Source: a virus
Lineage: Duplodnaviria > Caudoviricetes
IMG/VR virus record: IMGVR_UViG_3300002092_000058
Coordinates: 1-53,234 of that record
Length of the DNA: 53,234 nucleotides
Strand: one strand, 5' to 3'
Shown: positions 29,196 to 36,271 of the stretch, in pieces
How the letters are laid out: every line of letters starts with the position of its first letter
Numbering within the stretch: the stretch's first letter is position 1
The notes under the pieces: model-generated
The model's database searches: none
Seen by the model: only the letters and a program-made list of their open reading frames with translations
Told to the model about the DNA's origin: nothing
Position numbers and translations under genes: made by a program

Positions 29196-29399
29196 TTATC
29201 TAGTATTAGTCTCTTCAGAGGCCAAACTAAGAGAAATTAATTCTCTTAGCACTTTAATGCGCCCGCGTAAGCAAGCTGTTTTTTCTGCATCATTAGTCAT
29301 TTTTTCAAGACCTCTTCTGTCTCTTTCTAGCAAGTCATTTAAATGGCCGTCTAGTTTTTTCCACAAAAGTGAATCTTTTTCAATCTGAGTTAATAACAT
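29196..29399 (-). CDS. small portal-adjacent protein (Bbp19-like position)
   Basis: 67 aa; LWKKL...TACLRGRIKVLRELI. Confidence 0.65.
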   Translation of the reverse strand: MLLTQIEKDSLLWKKLDGHLNDLLERDRRGLEKMTNDAEKTACLRGRIKVLRELISLSLASEETNTR

Positions 29400-29457
29400 T
29401 ATTAAAAATAAAGGTTAATTTTTGTTGACAATATCATATTTATTATATTGTAGTCAA

Positions 29458-31743
29458 TTACTGCTCAAAAGCATGTCCATCTTCAGCTCTTCCTTGCGGT
29501 TCAACTGGTGGCGTCATTATCTGTTTATTTATTTCATGAGCATGATCTCGGCCTTGATGACTTGCCGCTGTTAAATCCGCCTGCATTGATAGTTCTTTTT
29601 GAGTTTTAAGTTTCATCGTTGTCTGCGCTAATTGTGACTTGATTGTGTCAAGACTAATGTTCTGCGCTTGACTTAGTTTCATCATTTCTAAGTTCAATTC
29701 CATTTGCTTCATTTCTTTTTCGTGTCGCATCTCTAATTCAGACAAGTGTATTTTTAGCGCAATTTGATCTTGTTCGTTTTTAGCTTTAATCTGCATTTCA
29801 GATTGATCTATTTGCAATTTAAGCTGTTCTTTTTGCATTCCACCTTGCTGCCTTAGCTTCTCAACTTCCATCATACCCTCTATTTTTGGGTCTTTTGGTG
29901 GATTTTGTTGTGCAACTTGTGTCATTTGAGTGATTTGATCGTCTGTGTATCTAACTAAATCAGGACTGATTCTATTCATTTTCAGCACTTCAATAATCAG
30001 CTTATCTGGGTCAAGATGAAACGTTTGATTTCCAGAGAATTGAAGCAGCGCCATAATTGCTTGATTTTCCGCGTCACGTTGCAAGAACGATGACGAGCCA
30101 ATGGATATAATACTAAAGTCGCCTTTACATGAATCATCTTCGCCGTAAATTAACAGCCACTCGTAATATCTCTGGATGTGCGGCTCAATTAAATCATCAT
30201 CACAAATCTTAGCAATGCGCTTTAAAACAGATGAGGCGTTGCGGTCAAGAATGGTCATTCCACCCACTGTTTCAGTCGAATTACCTTGATTTCCTTGAAT
30301 TAGTAGGGGCATATTGGTGGATTTTTCAGCCAACTCAAAGCCGTACTTAATTATGTTTTCGAGCTCAGCCTGCATCGTTGGGATAGTGATAGCTTGTATT
30401 GCGTGAGCTACATCCGTCACATCTGCGTCTTCGTCAACAGTCCATATTTTCATCGGCGTTACAGACCACTCGCCATCCGCAGGACGCACCGCACCTTTTC
30501 TGATGATAATTTGCGGTCCAGCAGCCACGCCAGCATTGTCTAACATAGATCGAGTTGCGGCATTTACAATGCGTTGAGCCGTCCTAATCTGCCTAGCAAC
30601 GCCCTGACCTGCCCAATGATCTGTTGATCGTTGCCAAACCATGACGTCAAACGGAAATGAGCCTGTGTCAAATACAGATAAGCTTGCCTTAATTACGCGG
30701 TCATTTATCATTGCAACAATAACAGGTAATTCATCGCCCTCTTGAGCATCCATTCCAGCTGCGCGCAAGTCTTCTGTTTCTGCTTCGCCGTAGTAGTACC
30801 AGATTTCAAATTTATCTTGGTCTTTTAGTTCGCCCTTGGTATCTACATATTTTCGCCCCGGACCTTCTTTCAATAATTCATCTATTTCGCTTTTTATGTA
30901 GCCAGGCAAGTCTTTAAGATCTCTAAGCTGACGTGAGCTAATTTCTTCTTTTTCAAAAATATAGGAGCCATTATGAATATTATTTCCACACGCCGGGTCT
31001 GGGTACAGATTTCTTACGTCAATCCATTTTGATTTAGGCTTAATCTCTTCAATAATTTCAACAACAATCGCCCCATCTTTGCGCGTGACCTTTCTTTTTT
31101 TGACAAGATCAGGAAACGGCCCTTTTACACACCCAGATCCAAGCCTCGCCGCCTGCTCTATAACTTTTCGCGCTTCAGTATGCCAATTTGATTTAACAAG
31201 CCAGTCCCATATTTGTGTCTCGGCTTTATCAGCCTTGTCCTGCATCTCTTTTACAAATGCGTTGGCTGCCTGCCCGACTGTTACTTTGCCATCAGGCATT
31301 AAATCTTGATCTTCAGTAGACGCGTCAATCTCTGGAATAGGCGTGGGCTTGATAGAAAACGGTTTGTCATCGGTTGGTAATAGCAAATCCGCCACTCGAC
31401 TAGATGCCATATCAACATACGGAGCAGTGATGTTTACAAATACGGTTGATCTAACTTGGTCATCAGTAACAGGTTTTAGATAGTACGGACTACCTGCAAC
31501 GCTAGGTGACTTGAGCATCATCTCCTTACGATTAGCATTATCAATGCCGTTGTAGTGATCATCATCTTCCGCCCACCTATCCTCAATGCCTGATTGCCTG
31601 CGACCATCCTGCGCTTCAATGCGTTTTTGCTTTAGTTTGCCTGCAAAAGATTTTAGTTTTGCAATGCGGTCATCCTCGCTGACCTTATTAAAATCGTTGG
31701 GCGGCTGAATATTTTCTTGCGGGTGTGGTTGATTTTCGTACAT
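29458..31743 (-). CDS. portal protein
   Basis: 761 aa; RSTVFVNIT, LLPTDDKPF, LGSGCVKGP, WAGQGVARQIR, TVGGMTIL; C-terminal coiled coil. Confidence 0.9.
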   Translation of the reverse strand: MYENQPHPQENIQPPNDFNKVSEDDRIAKLKSFAGKLKQKRIEAQDGRRQSGIEDRWAEDDDHYNGIDNANRKEMMLKSPSVAGSPYYLKPVTDDQVRSTVFVNITAPYVDMASSRVADLLLPTDDKPFSIKPTPIPEIDASTEDQDLMPDGKVTVGQAANAFVKEMQDKADKAETQIWDWLVKSNWHTEARKVIEQAARLGSGCVKGPFPDLVKKRKVTRKDGAIVVEIIEEIKPKSKWIDVRNLYPDPACGNNIHNGSYIFEKEEISSRQLRDLKDLPGYIKSEIDELLKEGPGRKYVDTKGELKDQDKFEIWYYYGEAETEDLRAAGMDAQEGDELPVIVAMINDRVIKASLSVFDTGSFPFDVMVWQRSTDHWAGQGVARQIRTAQRIVNAATRSMLDNAGVAAGPQIIIRKGAVRPADGEWSVTPMKIWTVDEDADVTDVAHAIQAITIPTMQAELENIIKYGFELAEKSTNMPLLIQGNQGNSTETVGGMTILDRNASSVLKRIAKICDDDLIEPHIQRYYEWLLIYGEDDSCKGDFSIISIGSSSFLQRDAENQAIMALLQFSGNQTFHLDPDKLIIEVLKMNRISPDLVRYTDDQITQMTQVAQQNPPKDPKIEGMMEVEKLRQQGGMQKEQLKLQIDQSEMQIKAKNEQDQIALKIHLSELEMRHEKEMKQMELNLEMMKLSQAQNISLDTIKSQLAQTTMKLKTQKELSMQADLTAASHQGRDHAHEINKQIMTPPVEPQGRAEDGHAFEQ

Positions 31744-31785
31744 TGCTAACCTTTATTTGTTGTTGCAATTAGTTTCAAATGCTAA

Positions 31786-33096
31786 TCACATGATTCCATT
31801 GTCGTATTGTTTGTATCGTGGTACAACTATTTCATCTCTGTTACGTAATTTTTCACGCTGAATTTGTTCATAGCAAACTGATATCATTCCGAAAGCGTCT
31901 GCACCGTGGCTTGACCAATCGTGTGCTGGGCCTAATCCAATATTTCTAGCGTCGTCCTTTTTTTCATGGTACCAGCCAATTGCCTCAATTCCAGCGTCAC
32001 ATTTCACAGCATCAAAATACATAGCCGGGAACATTCGTCTGCTTGCTTCAATCCTTTGCATTGCCGCACCTGCGCCCTGATTCTTAAGTATGCGGGTTTT
32101 GAATCCCGCTTTTTTTATAGAACCTTCGTAAGTTATTGATTCCGTTCTGCTGTGTTGTTCTCCGTCGTGCGGCAACCAGCACAATACAGATTCATAGCCG
32201 TTTGATCTAAGCCAATTTAGATGCGTGCTTAAATCTTGCCCGACCGATTCATAATAATCTACTAGTCTAATGTCCATGCCGATGAATTGCACAATCCAAA
32301 TTGCAACCGCGTCAGCTTTTGCGCCTGTGCCACCAATGTCCCAAAAAGCATACAGGGTCATTAGTGGGTCAATTGGCACTCTTGTCAATCTTTTTTGCGC
32401 TTTTGCTTGCGTTAGCTGTTTAGCATAGTACGCCCCAACCATCACACTTAGATATTCGCCCTCCCAGATATGCGGGTATTGGTCTGGGTTTATGCGCATA
32501 TCATCCAGCCTCTCCTGCTCTAAATCGGCAGGAAACCACGGGTTATTGTTGTAGTTAGCTTTAACAACAACTGCACTTGTCGGTATTTCAGGGCCGCGAA
32601 GCATAATATCAACTGGGTCAGTCTTTCGTCTCGCGTTCCAACTAAACCACAGTTCTGAGTCCTTTTCCCTGATTGTGGGTTTTAATAGTTGCAATGAGCT
32701 TGGGCTTAGATTTTGCGCTTCTTCAACCCACGCGCGCTTAATACCAAACAACGATTTTATAGACTCGCTAGTGTGGTCTTGCATACCCTGAAAAATTATT
32801 GCGCCATCGCCTGGCGTTTTGATCACTTCATTGTAAACCTTAAACCCTTTTGATTCGCCCAGTTTTAATGTTTTTAATTTATGTTCAATTAATGCTTTTG
32901 ACGACTTAGCAATTGACTTTTGCACTTCCCGGATGCAAACAGACGATTCCCCTCGATCCATGTAGTGCGCTTCAACCATGGCTTCCGCAAAAAAATGTGA
33001 TTTTCCTGAGCCGCGTCCTCCCCATGCGCCTTTGTATCTAGCCTGATACAATAGAGGCTCAAAAACTTCAGCCGTTGGAATGTTAAGTGACGGCAT
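31786..33096 (-). CDS. terL: terminase large subunit (PBSX-like)
   Basis: Walker A GGRGSGKS, CIREVQKS, Walker B WVEEAQ, nuclease FWDIG...D and HDWSSHGADAF. Confidence 0.95.
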   Translation of the reverse strand: MPSLNIPTAEVFEPLLYQARYKGAWGGRGSGKSHFFAEAMVEAHYMDRGESSVCIREVQKSIAKSSKALIEHKLKTLKLGESKGFKVYNEVIKTPGDGAIIFQGMQDHTSESIKSLFGIKRAWVEEAQNLSPSSLQLLKPTIREKDSELWFSWNARRKTDPVDIMLRGPEIPTSAVVVKANYNNNPWFPADLEQERLDDMRINPDQYPHIWEGEYLSVMVGAYYAKQLTQAKAQKRLTRVPIDPLMTLYAFWDIGGTGAKADAVAIWIVQFIGMDIRLVDYYESVGQDLSTHLNWLRSNGYESVLCWLPHDGEQHSRTESITYEGSIKKAGFKTRILKNQGAGAAMQRIEASRRMFPAMYFDAVKCDAGIEAIGWYHEKKDDARNIGLGPAHDWSSHGADAFGMISVCYEQIQREKLRNRDEIVVPRYKQYDNGIM

Positions 33097-33625
33097 TTTT
33101 TGCTGACACAATTATGCGCTCAATGCGAGTGTGTTGTTTTGCTACTGATTCTTCAGAATTTACTTTGTCGATAAAAGCTTTGTTAGCAGCCATTAAATTT
33201 TGCGCAGGCTTCATTGCATCATTAACTGTTTCGCCTAAAACCTTAATTAAAGCTATCGTATTTAAATCAGGTGACTCAACATCTAAATTTAAAATTTGAG
33301 TCGATTTTATGGCCGAAAGTTTACGAGCATTTAGCGCCTCCGCCTCGGCAACGTCTGCGGCCAAACAAGAAATATTGTTTAATTTGGCAGCTAAGTTTGA
33401 TGTTAGCTTTTGTCCGAAATCGTCCATCGAGTGATATTGTTGTGATATATCAACGATTTGATTAGCAAGTGTTTTTACTTGCTCAATTTGGCCCGTTTTT
33501 GTGCGAGAATGAATCGTACTAGACGGGACACCAAACCGTTTAGCCAGCTCGCGAATTGGAATATCATCAACTAATCTAAGCCTTATTATTTCTTTCCAAA
33601 CTTCTTCGGAAACTTTTTTAGCCAT
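33083..33625 (-). CDS. terS: terminase small subunit
   Basis: N-terminal HTH (IRELAKRFGVPSSTIHSR); overlaps the start of terL; C-terminal RIERII. Confidence 0.75.
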   Translation of the reverse strand: MAKKVSEEVWKEIIRLRLVDDIPIRELAKRFGVPSSTIHSRTKTGQIEQVKTLANQIVDISQQYHSMDDFGQKLTSNLAAKLNNISCLAADVAEAEALNARKLSAIKSTQILNLDVESPDLNTIALIKVLGETVNDAMKPAQNLMAANKAFIDKVNSEESVAKQHTRIERIIVSAKNAVT

Positions 33626-33691
33626 AAATTTTTATTAAAACTGTAGTGCCCGTGCGGGCTATTAAACCTAATGTCTGTGCGTTAGTAATCA

Positions 33692-33991
33692 TTACCACTC
33701 TCTCGCTGTAAAAGCCTGCCCAGTTGTTGCACCAATAATTGATATGGCTTTTATTGTTGCCCCGCCTATCTCGCTTGCGTAAGTCGCTCCTGATGGTATA
33801 CGTTCGCTTGGTGACGCTGCTACAGCCGTTGCGCCGAAATCATTAATCCACAAATCGCCATTTGATGCGTTAAATACTTTAAATCCGCGTCTTGATGGAT
33901 TTGCACCGACCAAAGCCTGTGCTGTGCCGCCCGTTGTTATTGCGCCGCTTAGATCAACTACGGACGCCCCCGCATACATTATAGTATCCAT
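33692..33991 (-). CDS. small beta-sandwich phage protein
   Basis: SGAITTGGTAQAL...NPSRRGF...GATTGQAFTAREW; SD GAGGAGG. Confidence 0.7.
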   Translation of the reverse strand: MDTIMYAGASVVDLSGAITTGGTAQALVGANPSRRGFKVFNASNGDLWINDFGATAVAASPSERIPSGATYASEIGGATIKAISIIGATTGQAFTAREW

Positions 33992-33993
33992 TA

Positions 33994-34266
33994 CTACCTC
34001 CTCACAGGCAGTGTTTTAGCTAAGCCCTGATCAAACATACTTTGCTGCTGCTGATCGTCTTGCACACTTAATAATTTTGCTGCAATTATTAACGCACTTT
34101 TTAAATCAGGTGCTTGTTGTGCGCCTGCTTGCTCTTGATTTTCTTCGCTTTGTTGTGATGCGCTCATGCTTTTCGGCATCGTCTCACCGTTTGACTCATC
34201 GTCCTGCTCTTTATATACGCTAAACGCACCCTGATCGTCTTTTTTAATGCAAACTGTAACAGCCAT
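33994..34266 (-). CDS. hypothetical protein, first gene of the late operon
   Basis: SD AGGA; 90-aa acidic/Gln-rich ORF. Confidence 0.7.
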   Translation of the reverse strand: MAVTVCIKKDDQGAFSVYKEQDDESNGETMPKSMSASQQSEENQEQAGAQQAPDLKSALIIAAKLLSVQDDQQQQSMFDQGLAKTLPVRR

Positions 34267-34314
34267 AAATAATCCTATATATTGATAATTTTTTATTTAT
34301 TGTACTACATGTAG

Positions 34315-34392
34315 TGTTTATGTAAATAAACTGAATTTTTTTGTATTTATTTGTAAAAGTATATTGACACATACAGTTTAAAATATTAAACT
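34315..34392 (+). promoter_or_regulatory. sigma70 promoter with palindromic operators
   Basis: TTGACA 34364-69, 17-nt spacer, TAAACT 34387-92; operators AGTTTA-N6-TAAACT at 34375-92 and TGTTTA-N6-TAAACT at 34315-32. Confidence 0.8.
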
Positions 34393-34438
34393 ATATTCAC
34401 GGTTTGGGATTGTCCTGAGCCATTTATGGAGAGATAAA

Positions 34439-34645
34439 ATGAAAAAAATAAGCGTACATGCACACGCACCACACATGATGTGCGGTGGTGTTTTAAAGTT
34501 ATTTCGCGGTGCTCGCACCGCGAAGGTGTGGATTAAGACCATACTCGCCCGACAGCCCGCAGGGCTGTCGGTATGTCAATTCAATGGGTGGCGGGGCGGA
34601 AAGCCCTTTAAACCCAAACAGTTCAGAGGCACGCCTCTGTTTTAG
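34439..34645 (+). CDS. possible small basic protein (68 aa) within the structured transcript
   Basis: Good SD GGAGAG plus ATG, but codon usage is atypical and no family is recognised. Confidence 0.4.
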   Translation: MKKISVHAHAPHMMCGGVLKLFRGARTAKVWIKTILARQPAGLSVCQFNGWRGGKPFKPKQFRGTPLF

Positions 34646-34879
34646 TCCCCGATAGGTGTAGTGTCGGGCGGGTTGACGCAGTGAAACGGAGTCAACCTGC
34701 AAGACATCACGAAACACCGTCAAGTCATTTGGAATCTATGTTTCAACCCCTTGTTGGGTTGAAACGAGATGACGAGGACGAATCGGGGCCGCCGCAGGCA
34801 TTAGCGGTCGCGTATTTTTTTGCTGATTTTTCGAGCAGGAGCCCGGAAAAATCTTTAGCAAAAATAGCGACTCCCCGCT

Positions 34880-34910
34880 AAAAAACCCAGCCTAAAAAAC
34901 TGGGTTTTTT
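34880..34910. terminator. bidirectional intrinsic terminator
   Basis: AAAAAACCCAG-N9-CTGGGTTTTTT between convergent units. Confidence 0.85.
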
Positions 34911-34953
34911 ATTGCCTAAAATTTACCACTAAGCTTACCCATAAGAGAATTAT

Positions 34954-35178
34954 TTACTGGGTAAATTTTCCCGTATTGCAAAAATTAACCAACCGCTCTA
35001 GTCGTTTCTCACGTTCAAGAGCGTTTTTTGCTATTTTTAAATGTTTTTTGTGCATACGAATAACCTTTAAGTATGCGATACACTCGTCATTGTAGTAAAT
35101 AAACCAGTCACTATTTAATCTAATCGCGCTTTCAATGTCATTTACGTCTCTTTTAATAACTTCAATATCACTCTTCAT
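34954..35178 (-). CDS. hypothetical protein
   Basis: SD AGGAG; coupled to the upstream ORF. Confidence 0.6.
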   Translation of the reverse strand: MKSDIEVIKRDVNDIESAIRLNSDWFIYYNDECIAYLKVIRMHKKHLKIAKNALEREKRLERLVNFCNTGKFTQ

Positions 35179-35470
35179 CTTTAACTCCTAAAATTAATTC
35201 GTTATAATCTTTTTCAAGCAAAACAAATTCTTTTTCAAACGTCCCTCTGCCATCTGTTAAAATTATCTCGCCCTTTTTAAATCTAAAAAAACTTGACTTA
35301 AATGTTTCGCTAGGAAGCTTAAGGCAAAATTTTTCTAAATTATGCGTATAAATAACAGTATCTCCTCGCGCTATGTTTTTCCAATCCGTTGATTTCATTT
35401 TTAACAACACTTTCATTTTTAATGCAAACAGTTCAGATTCTTTTGCAATTTTGTCATCAATATATTGCAT
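35168..35470 (-). CDS. hypothetical protein
   Basis: SD GAGGTG; coupled ORF. Confidence 0.6.
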   Translation of the reverse strand: MQYIDDKIAKESELFALKMKVLLKMKSTDWKNIARGDTVIYTHNLEKFCLKLPSETFKSSFFRFKKGEIILTDGRGTFEKEFVLLEKDYNELILGVKDEE

Positions 35471-35804
35471 TACTCACCTCTTTTACAGTTATCCCATGCA
35501 CAAACAGCATAAGTTTTCTTTTAATTATGTAATCTTTAGTTTTAAAGCCTTTTGTATCTTCAACAACTAAAGCACCTTTTTCTAAGTAAACAAAATCAGC
35601 TCTATATTTAACCGATCTCTCAATTTTTCCATCGCATTTAACTAGCTTAGGGATTAACTCATATTCAACCTGCAATTTTAAATCACTAATTTTCCCAGCA
35701 GCTTGCAAAAACTTAAGACATTGATACCGCTTAAATTCGAGCATCGAGTCAAACTTATAACCATCATATTCAGTTTTTTTGTTGCCGTACTTTTGCTCAG
35801 CCAC
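35457..35804 (-). CDS. DUF1064-family PD-(D/E)xK nuclease (putative resolvase)
   Basis: KYGNKKTEYDGYKFDSMLE...YRADFVY...VVEDTKGFKTKDYIIKRKLM. Confidence 0.85.
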   Translation of the reverse strand: MAEQKYGNKKTEYDGYKFDSMLEFKRYQCLKFLQAAGKISDLKLQVEYELIPKLVKCDGKIERSVKYRADFVYLEKGALVVEDTKGFKTKDYIIKRKLMLFVHGITVKEVSNAIY

Positions 35805-35937
35805 CTTGATACCTGATCAAAGGTGACCTGACAATATCATCGGTCGTAAATTCAACCAGCCCAATTTTTGGCACGCCAATCAATTGACGTAACCACGCAG
35901 CGGCTTTAGGATCAAATTCATTGTAATACGCTTTCAT
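35797..35937 (-). pseudogene. chimeric remnant: N-terminus of a phage C5-cytosine methyltransferase fused to a PhoH-like C-terminus
   Basis: MKAYYNEFDPKAAAWLRQLI + GVPKIGLVEFTTDDIVRSPLIRYQGG (46 aa). Confidence 0.65.
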
Positions 35938-36008
35938 TTGCCGCCCTCCACAATCGACAGCATCAACCACAAAATAAAAAGATAAGGTATTGTAATAATT
36001 ATTAACAT
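35934..36008 (-). CDS. 24-aa membrane peptide
   Basis: MLIIITIPYLFILWLMLSIVEGGK; stop overlaps the next ATG. Confidence 0.45.
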   Translation of the reverse strand: MLIIITIPYLFILWLMLSIVEGGK

Positions 36009-36154
36009 TTTCCAGATTTGCATATCTCCCCCTTAATGTAGTTAAAGCACTCTACCGCACCAGTTCTGATGCACACACCAAAAAATATGACTATCCCAAT
36101 CATGGACACAACAACAATGGCTAAAGCGTGGATGACTATTTTTATTTTGTCCAC
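36002..36154 (-). CDS. 50-aa membrane protein
   Basis: SD GGAGGTG plus GTG start; one TM helix. Confidence 0.55.
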   Translation of the reverse strand: MDKIKIVIHALAIVVVSMIGIVIFFGVCIRTGAVECFNYIKGEICKSGKC

Positions 36155-36222
36155 CTCGTCACCTCCATAACCACAACGATAAAAACATAGACAACCACCA
36201 GTAATGGTATGCATTCTATCAT
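36142..36222 (-). CDS. 26-aa membrane peptide
   Basis: SD AGAGGTG; MIECIPLLVVVYVFIVVVMEVTRWTK. Confidence 0.45.
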   Translation of the reverse strand: MIECIPLLVVVYVFIVVVMEVTRWTK

Positions 36223-36255
36223 TTATCACCTCTTACTATCATTTATCACCTCTTA
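36216..36255. repeat. 20-bp perfect tandem duplication of an SD+start module
   Basis: CTATCATTTATCACCTCTTA twice. Confidence 0.95.
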
Positions 36256-36271
36256 TTTTAATTTTCATTTT

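Larger units (their letters stand above)
34399..34910 (+). ncRNA. candidate large structured RNA (~510 nt)
   Basis: Bounded by a promoter and an intrinsic terminator; GC-rich in an AT-rich genome; at least 9 stems including a nested multibranch domain. Confidence 0.45.

Noticed and set aside
34499-34881. ORFs 34499..34723 (-) and 34681..34881 (+) as definite genes
   Set aside because: No clear SD and no recognisable family; open frames are expected in a GC-rich palindromic stretch, so they are left unresolved.
34399-34910. CRISPR array, hammerhead ribozyme, group II intron domain V, tmRNA or retron msr-msd
   Set aside because: No regularly spaced identical repeats, no CUGAnGA core, no domain V or tRNA-like ends, and no reverse transcriptase anywhere in the window.
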